From assembly GCA_965601925.1 (NCBI GenBank), contig OZ271854.1, forward strand, positions 2,048,001 to 2,112,000: 64,000 bases of DNA. Direction: 5' to 3'. This document shows positions 30,002 through 39,370 of the stretch, one piece after another. Position numbers and translations under genes: made by a program. Position 1 is the first letter of the stretch. Each line of letters starts with the position of its first letter. Below the pieces are notes generated by a model. It had not been told where the DNA came from, ran no database searches, and saw nothing but the letters and a program-made list of their open reading frames with translations. Origin of the DNA: Alkalispirochaeta sp. GTDB lineage: Bacteria; Spirochaetota; Spirochaetia; DSM-27196; Alkalispirochaetaceae.

Positions 30002-31291
30002 ATGAGGATGAGACGATCGTTGTGTTTCACGATGTGTACGGTCCTTATCGCGCTACTCGTCGTATCCGGTGTCGTCGCCGGGGGACGTGGTGAGGATACG
30101 GGGACGGTGTTGCGGATAGCGTCCGCGATTCAAGGTCCGGAAGAGATCGCAATATACGACGACGTAGCGGCGACCTTCGAGGCGGAGTATCCCGGCGTGA
30201 CCGTCGCGTGGGATCGTTCGACCGGCGACGACTATCAGTTCACCGGCTTGCCGTCGCTCCTGGAGAGCGATACGCCACCCGATATCTATTTCGAATGGGG
30301 GGGTGACCGCGTCGCCTCGCGCGCAGTCGACGGATACGCGCTCGCGATTAACGATCTCGCCGACGAACTGCGCCCGTTTATCAACGAGTCGGCGTGGAGC
30401 GGAACGATGGTGAATGGTGATGTGTATATGATTCCCGACAACCAAGATATCACCATCATGATGTGGTACGATCGCGTGTTGTTCGAGCGACTCGGCCTGG
30501 AGCCGCCGGCGACGTGGGAGGAGTTTCTCGCACTCTGTGAAGCGCTTTCCGGAGCCGGGATTACGCCGATTCTCATGGGAAACGCCGATGCATGGGTCGC
30601 CGGAAACTTCGGCGGGTTGTTTCTCTCTCGCTGGGCCGGAGACGAGTATACCGATCGCGTGTTGCGCTTGGAGCCGGGAACGCAGCTTAACAATGACCTA
30701 TTTGTGGAGGCGCTCCAGTTTGCTTACGAACTCGGTCGGCGCGGCTACGTCAACCTCGACATGAACACGTTGGGATATGAGTCGAGTTTCGCGCGGCTAT
30801 TTGACGGCTCCTCAGCGATGTATCCACTCGGTACGTGGTTCAGAGACGAAGTCGTCGCTCAGTTCTCCCGCAATCCCGACGGAGAAGAGTGGGACTTCTT
30901 CAACCTACCGCCCTTTCCCGGTGGACGCGGAGCGCCGAGCAGCGTCATGGGTCTCAATACCGGATGGATCATTAACGCCGACACGGCGCACCGAGATTTG
31001 GCATACGCATTCATGGAGGTTATGATGCGTGGAGAGTTCCAATCGCGTTTGGCGGAAATCGGTCGCATTACGACGCGTACCGCCTCGCTGGAGGATTCCG
31101 AGAGCGAGTACGTACAACGAGTCGCGGCGGTTCTCAATGATACGCCGCAAATCGTGGCGCCGCCGGACACGGGATACAATCTGGAAATAGCGGCCGCGCT
31201 GTACGAGGCTATCGCAAAAACGTTCGCCAACGCCGAGACGCCCGAGGAGGCGCTCGACGCCGCGGAGCGCAAGATCCAGCATCTACGATAG
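30002..31291 (+). CDS. Carbohydrate ABC transporter substrate-binding protein
   Basis: Signal peptide, PPDIYF, GDVYMIP, PATWEEF, SBP family 1 layout. Confidence 0.92.
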   Translation: MRMRRSLCFTMCTVLIALLVVSGVVAGGRGEDTGTVLRIASAIQGPEEIAIYDDVAATFEAEYPGVTVAWDRSTGDDYQFTGLPSLLESDTPPDIYFEWGGDRVASRAVDGYALAINDLADELRPFINESAWSGTMVNGDVYMIPDNQDITIMMWYDRVLFERLGLEPPATWEEFLALCEALSGAGITPILMGNADAWVAGNFGGLFLSRWAGDEYTDRVLRLEPGTQLNNDLFVEALQFAYELGRRGYVNLDMNTLGYESSFARLFDGSSAMYPLGTWFRDEVVAQFSRNPDGEEWDFFNLPPFPGGRGAPSSVMGLNTGWIINADTAHRDLAYAFMEVMMRGEFQSRLAEIGRITTRTASLEDSESEYVQRVAAVLNDTPQIVAPPDTGYNLEIAAALYEAIAKTFANAETPEEALDAAERKIQHLR

Positions 31292-31313
31292 TCCGTGGCG
31301 TCCAGTACAGGAC

Positions 31314-31336
31314 CCCGGGCCGCACAGGGGCCCGGG
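31314..31336 (+). other. GC hairpin after the SBP gene (possible mRNA stabiliser)
   Basis: CCCGGGCC-N7-GGCCCGGG. Confidence 0.45.
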
Positions 31337-31377
31337 CTGCACCGTAAAACGGCGCTGCACCGAGAGGCTCCCCAGTA

Positions 31378-32247
31378 TTGAAACGACGAGGAATAGAGCC
31401 GTATCTCTACACGATTCCCGCCTTTGCCCTCTTTGCGATGGTGATTCTGGTTCCAACCGCTTTCACCTTCGTCTTCAGCGTCGTCGAATGGAGGCGTTTT
31501 CAGCCGCTCGATCTCGGAACCCTGGAGCATTATCGCCGATTGTTCGCCGATCGCACGCTCGGTATCGCCTTCGGCAATAACTTCGTGTACATCTTCTACA
31601 CGATTCTGCTGGAGGTGGGGGCGGGATTGTTTTTTGCCGGCATCGCGATCCATCTTCGGAAGTCGCTCATGTTTCGCAGTTTGGTTTTTGCCCCGGTCAT
31701 TTTGCCCTCGATCGTTACCGGCGTCTTGTGGCGTCAAGCCCTCGCGTATCAGTCGGGATTGCTGAATGCCGCGCTTGCCCGATTCGGTGTCGCGCCGATT
31801 CAGTGGCTCGGTCCGCCGTTCACCGTCCTGTCGGTATCGATCGTGTCGGGGTGGATCTGGTCGGGCTTCTTCATGACCGTGTTCTACGCCGGTTTGACGC
31901 GCATTCCGGGGACGCTCATCGAAGCGGCCGTTATTGAGGGTGCATCGCGAGTGAGAATTTTCGTTCGGATTCAACTTCCCCTCATTCGGAATTTGCTCGT
32001 ATTGGCGCTCTTGATCGTCTCCACCGGCGGTTTTAAGGGGTTCGATTTGTTCAAGATTCTTCTGCGTCGCGATCCTCTGGAATCGGGAGTGGTGCTGCCG
32101 ACGTATCTGGTACGCGTCTTCTTCGAAAATCAAGATATCGGCTACGGATCGGCCGTCTCTGTGTTGCTCACGCTGGTCGTGCTCGCGATTATGGGCGTCA
32201 TTGCCCTCATTCGACGCGTGTACGTCGGCGAGATGGAGGAGTATTGA
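31378..32247 (+). CDS. Carbohydrate ABC transporter permease
   Basis: EAA loop LIEAAVIEGAS, GLLN, GYGSA. Confidence 0.93.
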   Translation: MKRRGIEPYLYTIPAFALFAMVILVPTAFTFVFSVVEWRRFQPLDLGTLEHYRRLFADRTLGIAFGNNFVYIFYTILLEVGAGLFFAGIAIHLRKSLMFRSLVFAPVILPSIVTGVLWRQALAYQSGLLNAALARFGVAPIQWLGPPFTVLSVSIVSGWIWSGFFMTVFYAGLTRIPGTLIEAAVIEGASRVRIFVRIQLPLIRNLLVLALLIVSTGGFKGFDLFKILLRRDPLESGVVLPTYLVRVFFENQDIGYGSAVSVLLTLVVLAIMGVIALIRRVYVGEMEEY

Positions 32248-32248
32248 G

Positions 32249-33061
32249 GTGCGTGGACGGGTGATCACCGCGGCGGCGGCGCTATTGATCGTTCTCTATG
32301 CGCTCCCTATCGCATGGATGTACGTCTCCGCCACTCGGACCGATGCCGATTTCATAGCCGACCCTCTGGGGCTCCCCGAGTCGATTCATGTAGAAAACTT
32401 CGCTCGGGCGTATCGGACGGCGGAGATGACGCGCCATTTCGCGATATCTATCGTCGTAACGTCCGTCTCGACGGCGATCGTAGTGTCGGCTTCGTCAATG
32501 GCGGCGTTCAGCTTCTCCCGTTTACAGTATCGTTTTCGGGGTGCGTTGTTCAGTATCTTCTTCGTCGGACTCATTTTACCGATTCAGAGCTTCATTGTCG
32601 GACTCTTCGTCTTTTTTCGTCTCTTGGGACTGCTCAACTCGATATGGGCTATGATACTGCCGACCGCCGGGATCGGGCTTCCCATCGCCATTCTGATTAT
32701 GAAGTACTACTTCGATACCATGCCGACGTCCCTGGAAGAGAGCGCCTACATCGACGGCGCCTCGTCTTTTCTCGTCTATCGCGCCATCGTGATGCCGATC
32801 TCATCGGCGATTATCGTGACGGTAATCATTTTTTCCGCGATCAATGTGTGGAACGAGTTCCTGATTCCCTTTGTGATGGTGCAGAGCCGGAACATTCGGC
32901 CGCTTACCACGAGTCTGTACGTGTTCTCTACGCGCCACGCCGCGCAGATCACGCTGACGATCGCCGCATTGGCGATCATCGCCACACCGATGTTCGCGGT
33001 GTACTTCCTCTTCCAGCGTCGCGTGCAGGAAGGTATCACCGCCGGAGCGCTCAGGGGGTGA
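32249..33061 (+). CDS. Carbohydrate ABC transporter permease
   Basis: ENF, LEESAYIDGAS, WNEF, GALRG terminus. Confidence 0.93.
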   Translation: MRGRVITAAAALLIVLYALPIAWMYVSATRTDADFIADPLGLPESIHVENFARAYRTAEMTRHFAISIVVTSVSTAIVVSASSMAAFSFSRLQYRFRGALFSIFFVGLILPIQSFIVGLFVFFRLLGLLNSIWAMILPTAGIGLPIAILIMKYYFDTMPTSLEESAYIDGASSFLVYRAIVMPISSAIIVTVIIFSAINVWNEFLIPFVMVQSRNIRPLTTSLYVFSTRHAAQITLTIAALAIIATPMFAVYFLFQRRVQEGITAGALRG

Positions 33062-33063
33062 CG

Positions 33064-33822
33064 ATGTCGCGAGTCACTTCCCTCGTCGAGAGACCGGACA
33101 TTCTCGCGTGCCGTCGTATCCTGTGCGTACAACCCCACCCCGACGATATGGATATAGGGTGGGGCGGGACGGTGGCGCGACTCGCGGACGCCGGCGCCGA
33201 GGTTATGTATCTATCGGTCACCGACGACGCCGCGGGGCTAATCGGCGAGGACGCCCGGCTTTCCGTAGCCGAACGCACGGCACTCCGTAAAACTGAGCAG
33301 GAGCGTGCGGCGTCGTTACTGGGCGTCGCCGACCTTCTCTGGTTGGGGCTTCCCGACGCCGGGCCCTGGCGCGTTTATGACGTGCGCAATGGGATCGTCG
33401 ACGCGATACGCCGAGTGCTGCCCGACGCGGTCGTCACCGTCGATCCGTGGCTTCCCTATGAGGCGCACGCCGATCATCGCAAGACGGGACTCGCCGCGGC
33501 GGAGGCGATGATTCTCGCCCGATTTCCGGCGGTCGGTACCGTGCCGGTACCGCGCGGACTCGACGTACGCGCCGGCGGCTTCATCTTCACCGCTCGTCCC
33601 AACACCGTGGTTGATGTCGGGCGGTATCGCGACCGGAAGCTGCAAGCCATTCGTGCCCATCGCTCTCAGTTCGACGACCGCGCAATGCGGGAGCTCGAGC
33701 GCGTAGACTCCGCGCGCGGCGCCGATCTCGGAGAGACGATCGGCTGTCGGTACGCCGAGGGGTGCAAGGTCGTCAGCCCGGAGATCGCGCTCCATATTCT
33801 GCCCGAAGCGGCCGAGCTTTGA
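33064..33822 (+). CDS. PIG-L/LmbE deacetylase, diacetylchitobiose deacetylase (Dac)-like
   Basis: QPHPDD, DPWLPYEAHADH, HRSQF. Confidence 0.9.
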   Translation: MSRVTSLVERPDILACRRILCVQPHPDDMDIGWGGTVARLADAGAEVMYLSVTDDAAGLIGEDARLSVAERTALRKTEQERAASLLGVADLLWLGLPDAGPWRVYDVRNGIVDAIRRVLPDAVVTVDPWLPYEAHADHRKTGLAAAEAMILARFPAVGTVPVPRGLDVRAGGFIFTARPNTVVDVGRYRDRKLQAIRAHRSQFDDRAMRELERVDSARGADLGETIGCRYAEGCKVVSPEIALHILPEAAEL

Positions 33823-33849
33823 CACGCGACGCAGCATAGGAGGTTACCG

Positions 33850-35190
33850 ATGAATCTGGCGATATCAGGAGGCGCACCGGTACGGGATTCGCGAGTGCGC
33901 CCGTGGCCCCGGTGGCCGGTGTGGGACGACCGGGATCGTGAACGCCTCGAGCGGGTACTTGAAAGCGGCGTCTGGTCGTACAACGGACCCGCCGAACGCG
34001 AGGCGCTGGCGGCGCTCAGACGGTTTTTCGACGTGCCGCACGTCGTGCTGGCGATGAACGGTACGGCGACGTTGCAACTGGCCCTAGAAGCGCTCGACAT
34101 CGGGTTCGGCGACGAAGTCATCGTGCCGTCGTTGACGTGGCAGGCAACCGCCGCGGCGGTACTGGATATCAATGCCGTACCGGTTCTGGTCGATGTCGAT
34201 CCGAAGACGTGGTGCGTCGACCCCGCCGCGGTGGAGGCGGCGATCACGCGTCGAACTCGTGCGATCCTTCCGGTTCATCTCTACGGCGCCATGGCCGATA
34301 TGGACGAGATCATGAGGATCGCCGCCGCGCACCGTATCGCGGTAGTCGAGGATACCGCGCATCAGCACGGAAGCGAATGGCGCGGAAAGAAGGCGGGTGC
34401 GATCGGCGATATCGGCAGCTTCAGTCTGCAGCTCTCTAAGGTTCTTACCACCGGCGAGGGCGGTATCCTCACTACCGGTAGTCGCGATTTGTGGGTGAGG
34501 CTCGACGCGTTGCGCAACTGCGGCCGCCGTCCCGAGGGGGCCGCGTCGGACGAGGATAAGGGCGGCGGACAGTACGGAAGCGAAGGCGATCTCGTCCAGT
34601 CGGGCAACTATCGGATCACCGACTTCCAGGCGGCTCTCCTCATCGGCGCGCTCGAACGACTCCCGGAACAGAATAGACGGCGCGAGGAGAACGGCCGCTA
34701 CATCGACGCGCGTCTCGCCGACATCACCGGGCTGGAGCCGATCGTACCGTATCCTGGGCAGAATCGCCGCGCATACTTCAACTACGCCTTTCGCTACGAC
34801 GGAGATCGCTTCTCGGGCGGAGGGATTCCCGCGTCGATCTTCCGGGAGGCGCTGAGCCGCGAGTTGGGAATCGAGTTTGAAGCGTGCTACGAGCCGCTGA
34901 CCGACTGCAGCTTGTATCGTCCCCAGACCAAGCGAAGGTATCGCATCACCCGAGAACACTGGCAAGCGATCGATCCGTCTCGATTCGAGACGCCGTCGGC
35001 GGTGCGCGTGTTTCGTCATGAATCGGTAGTCGTGCACCACCGCATCCTTTTGGGCGGAAGGGACGACATGGACCAGATCGCAGAGGCGATACGGCGTCTC
35101 GAGGCCGCGGGAGACGAACTGCGCGAGATCGCGGCTCACCGTTCCTTCGCCGGAGACGCGGAACCGGGCCGAGGTTCGCGGTATGGGTAA
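33850..35190 (+). CDS. DegT/DnrJ/StrS PLP aminotransferase, aminocyclitol (StsC/BtrR)-like
   Basis: WPRWP, NGT, PVHLYG, EDTAHQHG, SLQLSKVLTTGEGG (PLP Lys), C-terminal HWQAIDPSRF. Confidence 0.9.
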   Translation: MNLAISGGAPVRDSRVRPWPRWPVWDDRDRERLERVLESGVWSYNGPAEREALAALRRFFDVPHVVLAMNGTATLQLALEALDIGFGDEVIVPSLTWQATAAAVLDINAVPVLVDVDPKTWCVDPAAVEAAITRRTRAILPVHLYGAMADMDEIMRIAAAHRIAVVEDTAHQHGSEWRGKKAGAIGDIGSFSLQLSKVLTTGEGGILTTGSRDLWVRLDALRNCGRRPEGAASDEDKGGGQYGSEGDLVQSGNYRITDFQAALLIGALERLPEQNRRREENGRYIDARLADITGLEPIVPYPGQNRRAYFNYAFRYDGDRFSGGGIPASIFREALSRELGIEFEACYEPLTDCSLYRPQTKRRYRITREHWQAIDPSRFETPSAVRVFRHESVVVHHRILLGGRDDMDQIAEAIRRLEAAGDELREIAAHRSFAGDAEPGRGSRYG

Positions 35191-36403
35191 TCCGGCGGTG
35201 CTGGACACCTTCCCCCTCGCACCGACCGAGGAGTCTCACAGAGACGCCCGACGGTCGGCGTCGGACGAGTCGATCCGGTTCGGCCTGATCGGTGCCGGCT
35301 ACATCGCCGCCTATCACGCCCGGGCGATTTTGGCGACCGATAGCGCGGAGCTGGTATGGGTCGCGAGCCGAAGCGGGGAGAGTAGTCGTGCACTCACACG
35401 TACAATCGGTGCGGGCCGGTCCACGATCGATCTCCAACGCGTTGTCGACGATCCTTCGGTCGACGCGGTCGTCGTCGCGACTCCCAACGGTCTCCACGAG
35501 GAGCACGCCGTGGCAGCGTTGCGGGCCGGAAAGGCCGTGCTTGTAGAAAAACCTCTCGCCGCAACCTTGGAGGAGGCGCGCCGGATCGCTGCGGTGGCCG
35601 GAGCGGAGCGAGGTTTTCTGCAGGTCGGACACATGTGGCGACACGACCTGGAGGCGCAATGGATACGAGATAGCGTCGCGGCCGGCGAAATCGGGCGCGT
35701 GTATCGAAGCGTCTCGTACGGGATCCATGAGCGGTGGGGACCCGATGGCTGGTTTGTCGATCCGAAGCTCGCCGGGGGCGGTGCACTGCTCGACATGGGA
35801 GTACACGCCGTCGACACGACGCGCTTTCTCCTCGGCGATCCGATACCGCAGTCGGTATACGCCCGCATCTCGACGGAGCACGGCGACTATGCAGTGGACG
35901 ACACCGCACTGGTGATCGTCACCTGGGAAGACGGGGTCGTCTCAACGATCGAGTCGGGGTGGTGGCAACCCCATAGCGACGGACCCGAGGCCGCCACCAG
36001 ACTCTACGGAACGCACGGTTTTGCGTCCCTGTTTCCGACCTACGTTGAGGCGATCGATCGTTCGCCGAATCGATTTGACGGCTCACCGTACGACGCTCCG
36101 AAACGGGTGCAACCGACCTTCCCACCTCGGAGTGAACACTGCGACCAGCGAATGTACACCGCGCAGATCGCCGCATTTGTCCGAGACCTTCGGCGGCATC
36201 GACGCGGCGAGGCGGAGCACGGGCGGGAAGATTCGCACCACCGATCGCGTACGTTCCCCGGGACGGCGGACGAATCGGAAATGGCGGCGGGCCTATCTCA
36301 TGCACCGTCGTGGGAACCCGGACTCACCGTGATGGAGATTGTGGACGCCGCATACCGATCGGCGGAGAGCGGCCGGACGGTACGCTTGTCGAACGGGGGG
36401 TAG
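35183..36403 (+). CDS. Gfo/Idh/MocA family NAD(P)-dependent oxidoreductase
   Basis: GAGYIA, ATPNGLH, EKP, GGGALLDMGVH. Confidence 0.92.
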   Translation: MGNPAVLDTFPLAPTEESHRDARRSASDESIRFGLIGAGYIAAYHARAILATDSAELVWVASRSGESSRALTRTIGAGRSTIDLQRVVDDPSVDAVVVATPNGLHEEHAVAALRAGKAVLVEKPLAATLEEARRIAAVAGAERGFLQVGHMWRHDLEAQWIRDSVAAGEIGRVYRSVSYGIHERWGPDGWFVDPKLAGGGALLDMGVHAVDTTRFLLGDPIPQSVYARISTEHGDYAVDDTALVIVTWEDGVVSTIESGWWQPHSDGPEAATRLYGTHGFASLFPTYVEAIDRSPNRFDGSPYDAPKRVQPTFPPRSEHCDQRMYTAQIAAFVRDLRRHRRGEAEHGREDSHHRSRTFPGTADESEMAAGLSHAPSWEPGLTVMEIVDAAYRSAESGRTVRLSNGG

Positions 36404-37136
36404 AGCGCCTACCCGGCGACCGTCGGAGTCACATTGGGGCGGCGGCCGGCGCCTTTGCCCGGATTATCCCACGTCCTCGATCAGCAAGTACGACGTCCGG
36501 CGGGTCGTCGTACTCGCCCGACGATTTTCGACGCCGACACGTACTCTCTTGGGCCGCGAATGCGGTCCATCGGCCGATACCGCCCCTCGCCGGACGCTTG
36601 GTCGAGGCGATCAACACGAACAGCGGTTCCTGGATGGCGGCTGTACTCGAGTCCGTTCGCGGCAAGGTCAAGCAGATCGGCGCACTCTCGAGCGAGGAGT
36701 TTTTTTCTAGGAAGCCGCCCTCGGAGCGCTCCATCGGGCCTTCTTCGACGGAGTGGGAGACATACCTTTTGCGCTTCCGTCCGTCGACTACGGCGCGAGG
36801 ACGATCCCCCGCTTTTATGGCGGGCTCTCCCTCATTTCATCATGCCGAGAGCCGCTGTCCGTCCGGTGTCGATGAGCGCCACGAGACCCTCTCCCCCTGC
36901 GTATCGTCGTCGCAACGGCGTTGGAACTCTCCACGCCGGCTCTCACCGCGAATACACGTCACTTTCAATCCATCCCCGAACTCTCGCCGGTGTAATCCGT
37001 AGGCGGCGCGTCGCAGCGTCGTCGCCCGTTGTGGGCTGCGCGCCGTCGTGGCGGCGGCGATACGGCCGACCCGGCGACTACACGCCTTGATCGCGGCGAT
37101 ACGATATGCCACCCTGGGCGACATCGGAGAGGAATC

Positions 37137-38123
37137 GTGGCGATAGTGTCGTTCGGGCTGGGGCTCATTGCCCTGATGGTAGCCGCGGCGGCGATTACGA
37201 TCGGGGGCATCACCTACCGCCGATATCGCAGGCCGTGGCAGCTCTTGTATCTCATCTGCGCGGTCTCGTGGATCGTCGATTTGGGATCGTACTATCTCGG
37301 GTGGGTCGCCTTTTCCGTGTCGGAGTCCGCTCTACAGGCGGCACAGATGCTCACGTGGTCCTCAATCGCCCTTTTGCCCATCAATTTGGTCGTTATGCCT
37401 CTGTGGCTCCTGCAACTCGCCGGACGTCCCGTGCGGCGCCCCATGGTGACCGGTCTCGTCGGCAATCTCGTAGTCGCTCTGGCGCTGGTGTTCTTTCTGC
37501 TCCAACGATTTACCCACGAAGGGGTCGAGGTACGCCCCGTCGACTCCGTCGTTGGGATCGTACTCCTACTCCAATTCTACGGCGTCGCTCTCGGTAGCCT
37601 CGTATACGCTCTGATCGTCCTCCGCGACCGCTCGATCCCCGCGCCGCGGCGCGACTTTCGGTTTGTCGTCGTCATCATTATCATTGCCCTGGTCTTCGAC
37701 TACGTCGCAGAGCTCCTGGGACTCGGCGATATCGAAGGATACGGCGCACGCATCGAGCTTCCCTTCTTTGCGTTGGTGGGATTCGGATACATCGGCGTTC
37801 GACAGGCGCGTCGATTGATCGATGCGGGGTCGGATGGGGGAGGCGGGAGCGTGGTGGTGGACCATACGTTCTTTGCCGAGTACGGTCTATCGCCTCGGGA
37901 GCAGGAGATTGCGCCGGCGCTGCGTTCCAATGAGAAGACGCGAGCGATAGCGCAGCGGCTCTTCATCTCCGAGGCGACGCTCAACTCTCACATTCGCAGT
38001 ATCTACCGGAAGTGCGGCGTCCATTCACGCGTCGCGTTGATCGATCTGATGCGACGGTACGAACGTCCCGCGGCAACCATACCGAGCCGGCGGAGTAGAC
38101 CGACGCCGCAGTATCCCACCTAA
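37137..38123 (+). CDS. Membrane-bound LuxR-family HTH regulator (paralog 2)
   Basis: Colinear with 20430-21395; YGLSPREQEI...SHIRSIYRKC. Confidence 0.87.
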   Translation: MAIVSFGLGLIALMVAAAAITIGGITYRRYRRPWQLLYLICAVSWIVDLGSYYLGWVAFSVSESALQAAQMLTWSSIALLPINLVVMPLWLLQLAGRPVRRPMVTGLVGNLVVALALVFFLLQRFTHEGVEVRPVDSVVGIVLLLQFYGVALGSLVYALIVLRDRSIPAPRRDFRFVVVIIIIALVFDYVAELLGLGDIEGYGARIELPFFALVGFGYIGVRQARRLIDAGSDGGGGSVVVDHTFFAEYGLSPREQEIAPALRSNEKTRAIAQRLFISEATLNSHIRSIYRKCGVHSRVALIDLMRRYERPAATIPSRRSRPTPQYPT

Positions 38124-38198
38124 GCGCATTCCCCGCCTCCGGCATGCGTGCTAAGCGGCGGTCGTGGAAACTCAGGGCGTCCGTGCCGTGCGAAGACA

Positions 38199-38591
38199 TC
38201 ATGAAGCCACGGCTCCATCCACGAGGGCCGAGCCCAACAGAAAGGCCGCGTAGCCGGCCAACAGAAGCGTCAAGACCGGCCCGTTCGTTTCGATGGTGGT
38301 ATTGGGATATCGGCCGCCCCACGCCGCAACGAGAATCGCGTCGAGCGTCTGCTGCACCACGACGACGACGACACCGAGACGGACGCCCACGAGGGAGCCG
38401 CCGGCGCGCGACCGCCGAACGTACACGGCGGTAAAGGCGCGGCCGACGACGACGAAGAGCACCACTACCGCCGGGACCGTGACTGCGAGCGGAAGCGCAC
38501 CGACAAACGGCGCGACCGCTATGACCGTCGCCGTCGCCACAATCCACAACAGCACGGCGATACCGATCCGTCTGAGAAGGTCTTGATCCAT
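38199..38591 (-). CDS. Small 4-TM membrane protein
   Basis: Four hydrophobic segments; AAGGAG RBS; divergent from TetR. Confidence 0.7.
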   Translation of the reverse strand: MDQDLLRRIGIAVLLWIVATATVIAVAPFVGALPLAVTVPAVVVLFVVVGRAFTAVYVRRSRAGGSLVGVRLGVVVVVVQQTLDAILVAAWGGRYPNTTIETNGPVLTLLLAGYAAFLLGSALVDGAVAS

Positions 38592-38606
38592 ACCGGTGTC
38601 TCCTTG

Positions 38607-38622
38607 TGTAGTAATCGCTACA
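38607..38622. promoter_or_regulatory. Probable TetR operator
   Basis: TGTAG-N6-CTACA palindrome upstream of the divergent membrane gene. Confidence 0.5.
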
Positions 38623-38788
38623 TTTTCATGTAATATAGTGCGCTGTCGTCGCATCGGCAAGAATATCGGGAAATGCACCATGAGAAATCTGCATACCGCC
38701 CGTCTTTGAGACCGGCGAGCCGGCGACCGACCGATCGACGCGTCCTATCCGGTCGAGTTTCCGCCGGATTCGATATATGCTGATCGCC

Positions 38789-39370
38789 ATGGGCGAGGAT
38801 CGCAGAGAGAAGCTCCTACGGGCGGCGACGGCGTACGCGGCGCATCACGGCATTGCCGGCCTTACGCTTCGGCCCCTCGCAAAGGCGATCGGCACATCTG
38901 ACCGTATGCTCGTCTATTACTTCCGGACGCGAGAGGATTTGGTCGTCGAGATTGTCGATCGGGCCGTCGATTCGCTCTTTAAAACCCTGGAGTCGGCCGA
39001 CGCAACGGATCCCGGAGATTATTTCCGCCGGTTGTGGGCGACGGTACGGAGCGATAGGCATCGCCCGGCGGTACTCCTGTACCTCGAGGCGGCGGGATTA
39101 TCCATGACCGATGCGCGGTGGCGGGGGCGCATGGACACCGCTATCGAGCGGTATCAGACATCGCTCGAGCGTTGGGCGCGCGCAGCCGGTGTACCGCCCG
39201 AGCGGTCTCCGACCGTCGCGCGGTTGGTCTCGGCTGCAGTCGACGGGTTGTTACTTCAGTCCACCATCGACGGAAAGCGTGCCGATACGGACTATGCATT
39301 CGATCTTCTCATTCGCGCACTGGAGCGAGAGTTGGGTGCCGATCGCTACGACGAGAGGCCGGGCGACTGA
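38789..39370 (+). CDS. TetR/AcrR-family regulator
   Basis: LTLRPLAKAIGTSDRMLVYYF HTH. Confidence 0.92.
   Translation: MGEDRREKLLRAATAYAAHHGIAGLTLRPLAKAIGTSDRMLVYYFRTREDLVVEIVDRAVDSLFKTLESADATDPGDYFRRLWATVRSDRHRPAVLLYLEAAGLSMTDARWRGRMDTAIERYQTSLERWARAAGVPPERSPTVARLVSAAVDGLLLQSTIDGKRADTDYAFDLLIRALERELGADRYDERPGD

Noticed and set aside
32314..33063. N-terminal extension of the PIG-L ORF
   Set aside because: Out-of-frame overlap with the permease; the real start is ATG 33064.
33064..36403. Aminoglycoside or LPS sugar biosynthesis cluster
   Set aside because: No DOI synthase, nucleotidyltransferase, glycosyltransferase or exporter; the genes follow a repressor-controlled importer, which favours catabolism.
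36404..37136. Gene or mobile element in the gap after the oxidoreductase
   Set aside because: Only short ORFs without motifs; no terminal repeats or transposase signature.
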